From positions 20,524,001 through 20,588,000 of the forward strand of contig CM119371.1 in NCBI GenBank assembly GCA_051294905.1: a stretch of DNA of 64,000 nt, in the 5' to 3' direction. The notes under the pieces were generated by a model that worked only from the letters and a program-made list of their open reading frames with translations, was not told the origin of the DNA and searched no databases. Origin of the DNA: Botryllus schlosseri (Eukaryota). This document shows, piece after piece, positions 1-14,317 of this stretch (the first letter of the stretch is position 1; each line of letters starts with the position of its first letter). The translations under genes were made by a program, and so were the position numbers.

Positions 1-211
1 CAACTTTCCACTCAGCTCCCGAAATACCCGTCTGAGCGTCAATTCGGTGCTGATTTGCGGCATCTCAGTCTAATTTTGCTATGAATTTGACCAAAATTTC
101 GCAAAAATATGACAAAATCTCAAAGAGGATGACATTTAGGCGTCCTCGGAGGACATTTTCAAAAACCCGAAAAAGGATGACAAATCCTCTTAAAGGAGTA
201 CGGTAACCCTA
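1..211. mobile_element. End of a hAT-type MITE (TAGGGTTACC terminus)
   Basis: GGTAACCCTA at 202-211 with repeated AGGAT/AGGAC motifs; the other end is outside the window. Confidence 0.5.
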
Positions 212-799
212 TGTTAATTGAGACTTCAAAATATAAAAGGAGACGCATGAAACATTAAATATTCATTCTACATGAATTGTAGCAACCACTCAAACTTTGA
301 AATACAACGTCGGCATATTTTGCGAAGCGACAAAAATTGGGATATTTGACGAAGTCCCTACAAAAGTAAACTTTGACGAAACACCAGGAATATATATATA
401 TAACTATAGTTCTATAGTAGGCGTATACAACTTTGTATTCCTATTGGTTATCAAAGGAATACAGAGTTGTATACGCCTACTATACAACTAACCCCCTTGC
501 AATTGCAAATCGCCCCCAGGGGCGCTGGCGACTTGGTTTAAGAAACCATTGGTCGAAACACGTCGTCATTTTGGTTTATGATCAATATTATTACACCGTT
601 GTCATGCGGTCGGCTTGCTTAGAAGCTTTGAAACATTATATTTCAACATCGGTGTGGAATGTTAATGCATCAACAGAATAAATAAAACGATATTGGCAGA
701 ACCTGTCCGTGATGACATTTCTTGTTTGCTGGTTGGGTCCATATTTTGCGGTTGCTGTTGCAAGTCTGGGCTCGGGGTTACTTAAACACGATGTGATAC

Positions 800-1025
800 A
801 TCGACCTCGCCTACCGATACATGCCACCTCATTTCTATCGCTTGTCTTTTTATCTCATTATCTATTACTCTATTCTTAAATCAGTGTGCAAGGTCCTTAT
901 TCTCATCGTCTCTAGTCCCATATGCGTGTCTGATTTCAAAGACTACTCCAAATCGTTTCGACACCACCACATCTTTTCATTGTATCGCAATCCTGTGGTG
1001 CTCTGATCTGATGAAGTTATTAATA
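800..1025 (+). mobile_element. 3'UTR fragment of the same LINE family
   Basis: Aligns by eye with 12600-12820 (e.g. ttcattgtatcgca...tgtggtgc). Confidence 0.65.
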
Positions 1026-1127
1026 GACGGAAACTGTCTGAAACGGATTACCTATTTTTGGCAATTTACGTTCCAATTTACCTACAGCTGTATGCTATAC
1101 AGCTGCGATGCTATAATATTCGGCTAG

Positions 1128-1400
1128 GGAATCGAGTGGTGCAGTTGGTTACGCACTGCAGTCACGACACCAATGAAAGTGGGTTCGAATCGAGACTCTG
1201 ACCAACTTCTACGTGCCGGAGGTTTCTCTGGCATCCTTATCGCCAAACTCACTACTGCGGTAGTGCATTGAAGAGCCCAACAATGAAGGTGAGCCCTGCT
1301 AGAAGTCGGCAGCTGAGTCCACGATGGAGGCGCATGCTAGTGAGAGACTGAAGATTGACTGGAGGAAGAGAATGAAAACCATACCCATGACTACGAAAAA
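1128..1400 (+). mobile_element. tRNA-derived SINE
   Basis: A box TGGTGCAGTTGG (1137) and B box GGTTCGAATC (1182); body shared with copies at 4402 and 61017. Confidence 0.7.
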
Positions 1401-1857
1401 AGTAAAGATTTGAAGAACATGATCCACACTTGAAAAAAGCGATACGCACCACTGTGTACCAATAAAAATATTATTATAATATATTCGGCTGCATAAATGG
1501 CACTCGAATTTCATATGTTTATTGAGCGAGGACTTGGTGGCTTGTGCGGGAATCAAAGGCAATTTGTTTGAACTGTTGGTCAGGAGTGACTATCGACAAG
1601 TCAGGTCACTATTCCCTTCATCAACGATTTTCAATATCCACGTTGACAATCATCGATGCACTGGGCGAGTCTAACATAGCTGTGCAAATAATTTCTCTGC
1701 GTTGCGCTATATGTTTCCACAACGGAAAGAGGGTCTTGCTACCGAGTGTTTACACGTCACGATCAGACATCGCGTTAACTGTGAAACACTAAAGCCGATT
1801 CAGTTTTATGAACAGTGACCTTTAAACGTTACCACTGCCATCGTCGATATAAATGGT

Positions 1858-2442
1858 CAGGGTTGTAACCAAGTCACAATGCTCCGAGTCGCAAGTCAAT
1901 CTCACTTTTATAGTTTTGACTCGAGTCAAGTCGAGTCATTTAAACTCACCACCGAGTCAAGTCCGAGTCCAAGTCAGTTAGCAGAGGGGCGAGTCCGAGT
2001 CATGGAATTATGACTCGAGTCCGAGTCCAAATCACCGTGTTCACTGCTAAGCTTCCGGTTAAAGTCTTGGTAAACCCACTTATTATAACTCTGTTTGGTG
2101 ATATCGAACGGTTTGCTTTTAATATATACCAATTTTCCTCACTCTTAGCAGTTTCTGGTCGCATTTTCAAGTACCAGTACCAACAGACGAAATCCCAATA
2201 GTGTGTTGGCTTCGGAATTACAATGAAATGTCGGTCTTGGCCGTCTGAGTCTCGAGTCAATGACTTGGTTCGAGTCATACGCAATGACTCGAGTCCAAGT
2301 CGAGTCAATACACAGATTGACTCGAGTCGAGTCGACTCATTTCCGTATTTTGAAAAAATGACTCGAGTCAAGTCGAGTCATTAGAAAATCGTGACTCGAG
2401 TCGGACTCGAGTCGAGTCATGACTCGAGTCATTACAACCCTG
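1858..2442. mobile_element. hAT MITE with GACTCGAGTC arrays
   Basis: TIR CAGGGTTGTAA, perfect TSD taaatggt. Confidence 0.92.
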
Positions 2443-3031
2443 TAAATGGTGCGAGACCGATCGTATCTTCGTGCAAGAGGTACATGTTCCGTGGCAGACA
2501 TTTTAGCATGCGACACATTGAAAACGGCGGTTTTTAACATTTGCTTTTCTATCACGCGAAACACCTTTGCTAATTTGCAAGCTTGGTGGAACACCGCATT
2601 TTCACGGAGTCATAAAAACAAAATTCATCACAATATACCAGACTTTTACATCACTGAAGAACACGGGTGCACAAAATGAGCTGCACATTAACAGATCGTT
2701 AACGGAAAGAAAAGAAAAACGTACAATTTTCAAACAAAACGAAAACATGATGAATATTTTTTAATTTCAGTGTGACTTTTGATGTTCATATTCACATGCC
2801 AGTTCAGAAATACGAGGCTTCTTCTTGGAAAGTGGCTATTCAGGTGGTTGGGGTTTCGATTTGGAAACAAGACCTTTCTTGCGTACGCTTCTGCACGACG
2901 TTTCACCGCAACAGGCACAATTCGACTGGTGTTCGGGCCTATTATTGCTTGCAACTAAGAATGGCCAAGACGGAATCATCATCACAAATCATACATACGT
3001 GAGTGTATGCATCAGTTGGACGTGTGTCTTG

Positions 3032-3826
3032 TAGTGCGGATCCTGTTTTTAACGCTCTGGTCCGACTCGGGTCTGACTCCTAGGCCTGATTCTAGAAATG
3101 AACGTGATCCGGTCCAAAAAACTCCGCTAATAATGATATACTCACATGATGGTATTGAATATTGATTGAAACAATGCAGGAAAACCAGGAAAATAAAAAG
3201 TCTAAGATCAAGCGTAACCGTTATCTGAAGTAGTGCGGAGCATGGACGGAGCCCGATCGGGGTCGGATCAGTACTTTTTCTGATACGGCCGGAGCCGGAT
3301 GGGAGCCAGATCAGTAACTTTTTATCCTGTTAGGAACTTTGTTGATAAGCATACCTTTGTAACTAAATAACCACCAACCAACCAACCAACCACACGCAAG
3401 TACCCGCCAAGCCAGTGCGAAAGTACACCCGCCATATTTATAAATTCACGGGACCACCGTACCGTGTATGGCAGAGCATGGACGGGAGCCAGATTGGATA
3501 TCCTGCCGGACTTTTTCTTTTTTAGCTGCAGCTTGATTGGTGTCAGATAACTACTTTTCTTGATACGACAGGGGCCGATTCGGAGCCGGACCAGAGAATT
3601 TGTCGATCCACTCCGCATTAATCTGAAGTGATTGTGCTAATTTTGACTTAACGTGTGGTTTATACTCATGAACGTTTCACTTAAATCATTGATTCAAGAT
3701 TGGAAGAGGGTAAGTCTGTCCAATTCTTAGTGAAAAGTACTGATCCGGCTCCGGCAGAAAATGAGGAAATCCGTCCGGATATGCAATTCGGATATCCAAT
3801 CCTTCAAATTGGTCATGTCCGCTCTA
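3032..3826. mobile_element. hAT MITE (TAGTGCGGA termini, ATCCGG motifs) with a related MITE nested at 3231-3620
   Basis: Outer TSD gtgtcttg/gtgttttg, inner TSD atctgaag. An inverted homolog of the inner copy lies at about 60614-60999. Confidence 0.8.
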
Positions 3827-4401
3827 GTGTTTTGACATTCGTGGAACCCCTGAGATTGAATCACGGAAGCCCTAGTGTTCCGTGGAACACTGTTAAAGAG
3901 CCACTGCTAAAAACCTGGACGATCGGAATAAAAGGCCGGAATTGGTCATTTATTTTAGTCATAGATATTTCTGCGCATATAAAATTGCGGCAAACGAAGC
4001 ACTCGTTATAGAATTTGTAATTTGCGACATCAAGATCCATTTCGGATTCCAGGGAAACAAGTATCGCAGTGCACTTTCCAATTGCCGGATTCATAAATTG
4101 ATCAACCTTTAAGTGCAGAGGATCCTGATTGGATTTGCAATCACTCCTTGAGGGCATAAATCACAGAAGCGGGGGTCACGAAATGCAGTGTGGAATTATA
4201 CGCTATTTGGGCGTAATTGGGAATAATGCGTAAGAAGTAACTTGGTTAAAAGTCTGTAATAGTTTGGTTTTGAGCTGCTAAACCAAGTCGGTTTCTAAGC
4301 GTCTCGGTCATGGCAGTGTCGGGGCCATTGGACATCATACCAATATGCTCATTCATATTAGCTAATTATTCAGCCATATAATGCTATTACTACCTTGGAA
4401 G

Positions 4402-4650
4402 GGGGAAGCGGGTGGTGCAGTTGATTAAACCCTGCAGTCACGATACAAACGGTTGTTGGTTCGAGTCGAGGCTCTACCATGTTTCTATGTGTCGGAGGTT
4501 CATCTGGGCTCCTCATTGGCGATCCCGCTGTAAATGCAGCGCCTTGATAAGCCTAGAGGAAGAGAGGGCTGGACTCTAGAAAGATGGCAGCAACAGATCA
4601 AGACATTACTGAAATTACGGTTCTGGGTGCAAATGACCTTGTAGGTGATA
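4402..4650 (+). mobile_element. tRNA-derived SINE
   Basis: A box TGGTGCAGTTGA, B box GGTTCGAGTC, shared ggaggtt...ggctcctc body. Confidence 0.7.
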
Positions 4651-5224
4651 AGCGCCAATGTTGTGCGAATGAAAGCGAACTATCGTGGAAGCCATATCAG
4701 CTAGTGAGAACAAGTGATGTTGTTGCTTTGAGCAACATCAACAATATTTTTGAACCGATATATATTTCCGCATTTCTAAATCTTTTTCTAAGCGTTTTCC
4801 GAAATCTCAAATAAGGTCGAAGGCCACTAAATATACCGTCGCGGGCCGCGTGTCTTAGCTCTTCTCTAAGTCAAGCAGGAATTCTTAACTTGCATTGTGT
4901 GCTACAAGTGGCAAGTAAATTGCCAGCAAATTGGGTCGAAGATAAAGGGGAACGGACAGTTTTCATATCGATGCAACTGTCTGAGTTTGTTACACTTATA
5001 TCCACGGCTATCAATAATTGCAAAACGCCAGAACCGACTATTCATTGAACACCACTGTATATGCTGTGTGATTCTATATTTTGATGCGCAGTGTACTGCA
5101 AGATACAATACCTATTGCGAAACATTTTGTCGATAAAACCCTTTTCTATAGTATGATGTTACCGTTAAATGAGATTTCGCAATACAAAAGGAGACGCATG
5201 AAACATAAACTCTACATTCTACAT

Positions 5225-6362
5225 CAGTGGTCGGGAACCTTTTCTGTCCGAACAGCCATATTAGATCTATTTTTTTCATTTTAACTCCCAAAGAGCCATA
5301 CATTCAAATCATCTATTACGTCACAATGGAAAATTCGTGACGTCACGGTAGCACTAATTCGAACTCACTATACATGGGATTCGTCGAGTGTGCCACATTT
5401 TCTCAGAATAAACTGGTATTTTTATGGTTCGAAAATAAAGCTCGCCACAAAAGATAAGGCACAGGCGGGCCAAGCCTCACTATTGATAACGCATTCCGTC
5501 GTGAATAGCTTATAATTTACTATAACAAATATTAATCGAATGTAACTGTCACACTGATTCCGAACGTCTAAATACTGATCGAATTCTCAATTCTCAAAGT
5601 ATTAGGCGGTGACATAACGTGGCTCTGCCCGCATACATTTTATCGCCAGTACTACAGAGCTACTTACTAATCAAGAACGTGGATGGATGGCTATGGCGTT
5701 GTTTGTAATTCGAGTTTGTAATTGTGAATGTCACGTCCACCGCAGTTCATTTCGCGCCGTAGATTAGGAAGACAATGTGTATTTCAAAACTGCGTTGTGA
5801 TAGGGGCGCTGTCATGTCTGCTATATTCCCTTTGGTTATTCAACGTATCGGGCAATCCAAGATTTCGAGTCGGGTACATGGAATTTGCAAGTGATATTGG
5901 TCTCCGGCGCGACAGTAACTTAAATATGAGAATTTTGAAAAGAGGGATCCGAGCTCACTAGTGAATGTCACGTCCACCGCAGTTCATTTCGCGCCGCGGA
6001 TCAGGAAGACAATGTTTATTTCAAAACTGCGTTGTGATATGGGCGCTGTCATGTCTGCTATGCTCTTTGATTAATCAACGTATCGCGCAATCCACGATTT
6101 CGACTCGGGTAAATAGAATTCACGATTGATATTGGTCGTTGAGGATTTTCGAAAGAGGGGGCTGGAGCCCCCTAAACCTGAAGACGGCATATTCTTTACC
6201 TCTCAAGTACGTGTTTAATTGTTCATACTGCCACGAGAATAATTATTCTGGCCTCTGCAATATTGCTCAATTCAGTACAAAAATAAATATTTGGCAAAGA
6301 GCCATATCTTATATACCCTAAAGAGCCATAATGGCTGGCGAGCCATAGGTTCCCGACCACTG
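5225..6362 (+). mobile_element. hAT (Buster/Charlie-type) MITE
   Basis: TIR CAGTGGTCGGGAACCT, TSD ttctacat, internal 237-bp-period duplication (5724/5961). Confidence 0.92.
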
Positions 6363-6975
6363 TTCTACATTAATTATAGCAACCACTCAATCTATGAAAT
6401 ACATCGTCGGCATATTTAGCGAAAGCACGAAAAATGTGGATATTTGACGAACGTCCTACAAAGTGGTTATCAACGTGGGCGATTTGGCGGTCATGGGGGA
6501 CGAAAAAAAGAAGGGCGCGATAGGGGGGCGACAGCGCGTTAAAACGGCTAAATTGGAGTCATGTCTGAGAAATGACCCTTTTCCTAGTCAAGTCACGAAA
6601 ATTCAGCTGTAAAAGTGGAATTTCGGGGTCGAGCCGAAAAGTAGATCTTTTTTTGTCAACTCGCCGGCGATGACAGTTTGTATGCCCATTTTTCGGTTCT
6701 CAATATTCGGGGGCGATTATTGGTGTGGAGCTGGAAAAGCGGCCGATGAGTCGAAAAAGGTTGGGAACCACTGGGATATAGTCTGAACTCGGTTCACGTC
6801 TACCACCCCTTACCCCCGAAAGCACAAAAAGCTGGAACACTTGAATAGAACCAAGCTCACGGCATGCATATAGGCTCATTTGTATGAGAGTGAGAGGCTC
6901 ACTCAACCGTGGAAAACGCACATATGTCAACTATAGCAGGGCTCTTCAATCGGATGTATCGTATACACTCTATGG

Positions 6976-8204
6976 CAGAGGTCTCAAACTCAAACGTGCT
7001 CGCGGGCCAATTTCCTACTTATTGATGGCGTCGCGGGCCGCAGCACCAATAATAGGGAAATTCAATGTGTTTCCAAGTAGACATTATTTGACGGGACCTT
7101 GCAGACTGACATTCCACTCGCATCGTAACAATGTGATTTACTATTGTGAATTCACCCCTGGCACGAATAAATAACATTTTTAGATATTTGAGTTTTTGTA
7201 AAAAAAATAGTGGTAGAGACCATGCGAGAGTACAAGCTACAAATGCATCAGGACAACGTAAAAGTTGTCGCGTTATAATTTTGCAGCTATAGCGGACATT
7301 TGACGTGCCGCAATTATATGTAGAATTTCAGAATTTTACAAAGATTGATCTGATATCAGAGCGTTGGAGCAGTACAGCCTACTCCTGGTCTCGGGTACAC
7401 TCGGATAACTAGGCTATTGATCATGTCATTATTAAAGTCAAATTAAATCCGCTTTTGATTTACCTTCGAATATTTGAACATTTCAATAACAACTTGAATA
7501 TAAAAATTACTGTGCCATGGCCATTTTCCATTTGTGTTACAGCTGTAAAGCGTAGGCTACGACTACTTTATACTGGCCACATTTAATTGGCGATTATAAC
7601 ATGGATAAAGATACTCAATATGACGCAGGATGTAACCAACTATACATCAGAGCAACATAATGCCAATGGTTGCCATACCGACCTACTTATAGATATCTAA
7701 ATAAGCTACGAAACGCAAGCTACGACCTTTTGATATTTCTCTATTTTCCATACCAATTTGATAGTTTGTTACGTCTGTGGTTGTACCAAGTCACGGCGTT
7801 CCGCGTCACAAAACTCCTTCTCTGACTGTATCTTTCGAAGCAACTCAACTCGAGCCATTTATATTTTATCACCCAATGAGTCCGAGTTCGAGTAATTCTA
7901 CAAAATGTCGTGCCCAAGTCCTAATCACAATTTTCAGTACGAATCATCAACGGGTGATGTTTGCCATCATAAACAAGTAATGTCACGTAAAATAGGTAAT
8001 CTTTCACTGAGTCTTAACTATTGAAGGTGATGAAATAGTGAAGTTTGATGAGTAGTTTCTGGCTTCTGGAGTAGTTTAATAGCGAATATTAAGTCCTCAA
8101 ATTACAAAATGGTAGTTAAATATTGTCGAATACTTCGAAATCCAAAAGGCCGTCGCGGGCCGTCGCGCAAAAAATGATCTCGCGCCGCGTGTTTGAGACC
8201 TCTG
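6976..8204. mobile_element. hAT MITE
   Basis: TIR CAGAGGTCTCAAAC, perfect TSD ctctatgg. Confidence 0.9.
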
Positions 8205-10698
8205 CTCTATGGTGTACCATAATTTTTATAGTGTGTACCACTCAGATGGCATGTACTGCGGTGTGCCAGATCCACATCCCTGTGAACATGTGACTAGCTA
8301 TCACAACAAAGAGGCAAGTTTATGCTTCAGAACAGGATTACCGAATGTTGCAATATCATACTCAATGTTCATTACAGGTGTATGCAGCTTGTAAATTTTA
8401 TTCCTTTTGTGATGTCAAAAGCAAATATTTTTCCTCGTCATTTAACTGTCGGCAATGGACTTTTTGATTGCTTTTGGTGTAGAATGGAGTGCACTTAACA
8501 TGTGTTCAGCTTCCAATATCTGTCTATAATAGTGGTCCTCAACCGGGGGTCCGCGCAGCGCAGTTTCGCTTATTTAATAGTAAAACGCCAGGGCTCACAT
8601 CAATAGAATGGCCATCTGAGATGAAATATCGTACTGTGCAGACTCATGCAAATTGCTAAATTGCCACTAGCCTACTGATACAGACATTTTGCTGTTTAGA
8701 GATGCTTTGTTGGGGATTGTGCGAAAGAAGTTGGATGAGTAAGGTTCACGGTGACTTCGAAATGTTTACAAAAATCCATTTTCTCCTTTGATATACTCAA
8801 CCAATTTTACCGTAATAACTTCAAGATAATTTGCAAGATAGAAGTGACCAGGCTTGACGCTATATGTCCTTTAAAAAAATGTTTGTCAAGTTTGGTGTTA
8901 TATTTGTTGTCATCATACCCAAATGTGCCGTTGGAAGCGTCACGCGATATTATAACATTGGCCACCACCTTTATTTGTGAAATGGATTTTCGGCACTCGT
9001 TCATACAGGGCTTTGGAGCCGGAGCCGGAGGCCGGAGGCCCGGAGCCGTGCATTTTTACCGGAGCTGGAGCCGGAGCAGGAGCTCTATATAAAATTCAGC
9101 CGGAGCCGGAGCCGGAGCTGGAGCCAGTTATTTGAGGGGTAGCTCCGGTTCCGACGTATTTCATAAGATGCTATTATATATGCAACAACCATATCTGCTG
9201 AGTTCACTGAATTCAACAGCAGGCCTTCGCGAAATTAAGAATATTTTCCTCTTTGGCGCTACCTTTTCCGACTAACCATGTTTTTGGGGGTTTAACAGTA
9301 GAGCAGTCGTATTTTCAATGTTCAATTTTCATGCATGAGCGCCGAACCTCGGTATGCAACATCCCAGCAAACACAAAACCGTAAAAGGATCATCCGGGAT
9401 CATCTCGATTAGGTTCTGATTTTCTAAGTGTCGAGGGAATGTCTAAAATACGTAGTAGGATGGTCTTGTGGTTATATTCAATCAGAATAAATTCATACTC
9501 GGTGTTGTTCCATCTCATGCATTAGGCTTCGTTATATCCGGTAGTTAACCTAATAATGCAAATTTTCTATCTCTCGTGGGTACGACTAAAATACGTAGAA
9601 AGGATGACTTTGTCGGTACATTCAATCACGATGAATTCTATCCGGTTTTGTTCGATCTCATGCGGTAGCTTCGTTCTATCCATTAGAAAACAATGTTCTC
9701 CCTTCGTTTTATTGCGTGAGGATGTCACCGGTGTTGTATATTCGTGTTGTTGCTCTAAGGTCGAATAGCTTTGTTTTCCTCTGATATATATGATCTTCAT
9801 TATATATATATTCGCTCTTTCGGTAATCTCGCATGTTCAACGAGTATGGTTAATAGTTTTATTCAGAGAATAACTAAATAAGTGATATGTTGTACGTTTA
9901 GGAATATGATTATCGATGCGTGACTTCTAGAATATTTCGGCGATTCAAATTTTACGTCATCGCGCCATACAAAGATTTGAAGCGCAACAGGTCGCAGCCA
10001 GGCATAGTTCGCTCTTTCTGTATGGTAAATGCCGTAAATATATAGGAATTGTGACTGACTGAGGTAGCGGGTTAAAGGTATATATGCAGTAGCATATAGC
10101 TTATGGGGTATTTCGAATTGCCTGTAGTATATGACGCCTAGAGCTGTTTGACTTTCTGCAAAACAGGTGTAGACAACTATAGAAAAGTTTCAGCTTTTCC
10201 GGGTTAGAATTAGAGCTAAACCGTTTTTCCGAATTAGATTACAATTATATTGCTGGCATTTCGCTCTAATTTAGTGAAATTAGACCACTATAATTCGCTT
10301 CAAACATCTGAATTACCGGTACCTATACCTACGGTATATCATAATATTTATGCTTGAATTTTCTAGGTATATATAAGTCATATAGATACATTCCTGTAGA
10401 ACACTGATTCATGATTTTATAAAAGTTGGTGCAAGAATGGAAATTTTCAACTTGGTGTTGATTAATGGAGCAAAATTTGATATTTGAGTGCAATTATACC
10501 TCGAATCCAGTGACAAGATTATTAATCGTTGAAACCAAACGCAGCTTGATTATGTTGGCCAGAGAATTTGGCTAGCCAGACCATATTGATGGAATATGGT
10601 CACAGTAAGATAATATTTTGGGCTATTTTACATGAACTTTCCAACATCTGATTTGATATGTCCACTAAAACAGTTGGCGCTTCTTCGTTATACGATCG

Positions 10699-11256
10699 GA
10701 GAGAACCAGTGCTCCCCATGATACCGATCAACAATGTTCCCATTGAACATGTCACTATGTAACGTGTTTTACATGATATCGAGCTGTGCTTCCCCTAAAC
10801 CTGATATTTTTTCTGCGCAGGAGACCCTGGTTCGATTCTCGCCAGTACCCTCTTTCTGTGAGTCGCTGTCGGGAAATCCGGTGATGGGCAACGAGATTTA
10901 AGCGAACGTAAAGCAGCATGGATGAGTCTGAATGACGATAGCCAAGAGAATTTGTTTTATATTCACTGAACACTGTGTGAAAGTGGTTTTTGCCCGTATT
11001 TTGCATAGTTATTATATGCGGTGAAGATATTATACATTAGGGTCATATTGGAAGTACTGTACCTCGTATCAGTTATTGGTTCTCAGAAGACCTAAAACGT
11101 GACAGTTCGGTCTTGCTCACATCATCGCTAGTCAGGTAGAGGTAGATGACAGGGCTATAATGACTCGAGTCAGACTTGAGTCGCGATTTTCTTGTGAATT
11201 TTTCTGGAGATTTAAGCGAATGAAGAGCAGCAAGGATTAGAGTCTGAATGAAGATT
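10699..11256. repeat. Left arm of 558-bp inverted duplication
   Basis: Reverse complement of 17182-17739; only one mismatch noticed; the same 83-aa ORF appears on opposite strands. Confidence 0.95.
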
Positions 11257-12261
11257 GAAGAGATATGATAACAACATTAATTGATGCAGCATCTTCTGCG
11301 GAGATTTTAGTAAAGCATCGCGTCTAGACCAAAGAATGGGTTAACAAAATAAGAAATCGTTTGGCATTGCTAGCATTCTGGTTGTAGGCTACTTAGTACT
11401 TATTAATAATTTGTGATATCATGATAGAGGGAGGGGGCGAAATTTGTCACTATCATAAAGAAAGGCGTGCCTAAAAAAGTTTGAGAACCACTGTTTTAAA
11501 GTCTCAATAGAAAAGCGTATTTCCTACTTCTCATTTGGCCCGCAATAGCCGAATGCAATGACAAGCCTTTGAGAAATAGACATGCTTTGAAATGCTAAAA
11601 GTATCGTTACAGTCTTAGAACCCAACAGGATAATCTGGCTAATGATATACTCGAAAGCAATCGGGAATAAACATACAGTTTACTAAGCCAGTGCTTCTCA
11701 ACCTCTTTTTCAGTTCACGACCCATTTCATACAAATTCCATTGCGCGATACACCTGACGCCCTTTCGCGACTAACGTTTAAACCAGTTTTTATGTTTCCG
11801 TGCGTTACAGTTATCTGGTAGCGCCTAGCGTGTATATTTTCTCGAATTCATGATGACATTCGGTCAATGATATTGACAATTGCACATACTAAGCTACTAT
11901 GTATTATTGGCGGCAGCAATATTTGGAGACAGACATTGGACAATTTTAACAGCAAATATGGATCTTTTCTTGTGCCACTCAATACGTAAAATACATCCAC
12001 CCTCCAACCGATATCAGAAAATCAATATCATTAAATCATATATATTCTCTTCATAGCATAGCTATACTCCGAATTTCACAGATGGATCTACAGACTTCCT
12101 ATTTTTAGTATTCTTATCCGAACTAATAGCTACTTCAGATGCTTTATCTTTGATGCTGAATAATACCATCAGAAGATGGCAATACTCAGTGGTTGTTTGA
12201 GCGCATTAACATGTCTAGCGAATTTCAATTTCGCAGCTCCTCTTCTCATTACCGAGATGAC

Positions 12262-12822
12262 CGAGAAAATGTCCTAAACATAGAAGATATGCGGAAACTA
12301 GAAATCGCCAAGTTTATGTATCAGTTTCACTGCGGTCGTTGCCCCGAATACCTCAATGACTTCTTTACCCCTGAATCAAAAGCGCACAAGTACAACACAC
12401 GCGCGTCCACGTCGTCCAAATATCATATGATCGACGGAAAAGATCATCCCTTTATCAAATATGCCGGACCTGATGTGCGGAACAGTATCCCGCTGGCCAT
12501 CCGGCAGTCGACGAGCTTGTCCACATTCAAGTCGAAATACAAGCAATTACTACTAAATAAATACAGTCCATCCTTAGGATTACCGGACCACGACTGACTT
12601 ATCGATCTCGCTTCCCATGACATGCCGCCCTATTTCTTGTCGCTTCTTTTTTCTATACTATCTTCTTTACTTTCATTCAGTGTGCATGCCTCCTCTTTAC
12701 ATCGCCTAGGCCAAGGTGGGTGTCCGATTCCATAGACAACTCCTAGTCGCTTCGACATCTTCCTTTCTTTTCATTGTATCGCATTTTTGTGGTGCATTGA
12801 ACTGATAAAATTGCTAATAAAC
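12262..12822 (+). mobile_element. 5'-truncated L2/Crack/Daphne-like LINE 3' end
   Basis: LEIAKFMYQF...HKYNTR...IKYAGPDVRNSIP..IRQSTSLSTFKSKYKQLLL is a typical CR1-group ORF2 C-terminus. The 3'UTR ends near AATAAA and has a homolog at 800-1025. Confidence 0.8.
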
Positions 12823-14317
12823 CAATGATGATGTACCAATTGAAACAACACGAGGTCACACTATCTCACGTGTGTGGATTCTAGCGCACCGTGGCATTCA
12901 ACTCAATGCAATCGCCGAGCAATTTTGCAAGAAATGCTGCATCATCAGAAACACCGCCTCGCTCACAGTTGGACTTCGTTTCCATAGGGGATGCGAAGGG
13001 GATGACATCATCACTAACTAATTAAGATAAAATGTGATTTCGGGCGTAGAGAGATATCGCGGTTTCGATTTCTGTATAAAAAAGTCGCAAAAGTTGGACA
13101 AACTTGCCCTAGTAATGAGCGATTTCGTAAATGCGATTTCGAGTGTAGAGAGGTATCGCAGTTTCAATTCTGAGGGTACACGTTTAGATACTTTCCTCAG
13201 ATATTCTATTATGTCTATTTAGGACTAATGCGGATGGTACTAAAAATAACTGTGCACCGTTTTTTATGGCCACACATTGCAGTGTTGCGATATAAGCCTG
13301 ATACGTTTGTCCAAGCTCTGAAAGCTAGAAAAGACACTCTCATATTATTTGATTGCGATTTTAATCCCACGTAATCTCAAGTTATTCGTAGTCAGACATG
13401 GGGTGATTAATTCATGAATGTAATCGATTCCGATTGCGATTCCGATTACAGTAAAATCAGGAAGTAGTCGATAACGATTACATTTCAAAAGTAATCACGG
13501 TTACATTGGTTTTGCTTCTTTAGAACTAATTTTAGCGTTTTGGGAGTACATTGGTCAATTCGTAAATTCAATCTGCATGTCGACGGCCGCCAACACATGC
13601 TAATTGAATTACGTGTTGACGGCCGCACAAATTTCGTTGTACGGCCGCGGGTTGGCCACCCTTGGGCTAGAATTAATTCCACTTCCGGACGCATGCCGCG
13701 ATCCTACCAATAGAAATCCACTGTCTATGTAATGCCTAATAGTTTAATTTTCGATAATGTTGTTATCGATCCGAGAACATCCTGCAATCAAGTTTATCGG
13801 AATGTAGAAGGTTCGAACGAATCGAATAAAATCAGAATTTGTGCCACCCATAATCTTGTGATGCATCACGTAAATAATGATAGGGAGACTGAGAAATGAC
13901 TTCGTGCGATAATTTCGGAGTACGAATATATCAAGTAGATAACAAGAAATATGGATGATCTCAAATGAGAAAGCGTGTAGTCTGTAATCTAATCAGTATC
14001 GCCACTAATCGGTTTTGAGTGTAACACCGTATTGAGTAACTTTCGTCGCGACAATTGTTTTCTCATTATATCGGTGTTTAAGCTGTATTTCTGCATTTTC
14101 CGATTAATGTCAATGGCCTTGATAGAGAAACGAATCTGCGCAGAAATGAATTCCAATTTGCAGGCACACACCAACACACCCGCCAATTCCGCGCTCCGAT
14201 TACCTATCATGAATGGTTTTGTAAACGAATATGGGTGCACATAATTTAGAATTCAGAAAATCAGAACGTATATCTGGGCGCCTGGTCTTTTTTCTTATTT
14301 ACCAATATAGCATCGAT

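Noticed and set aside
10755..11006. Identical 83-aa ORF present twice
   Set aside because: A by-product of the inverted duplication, with no recognisable motif.
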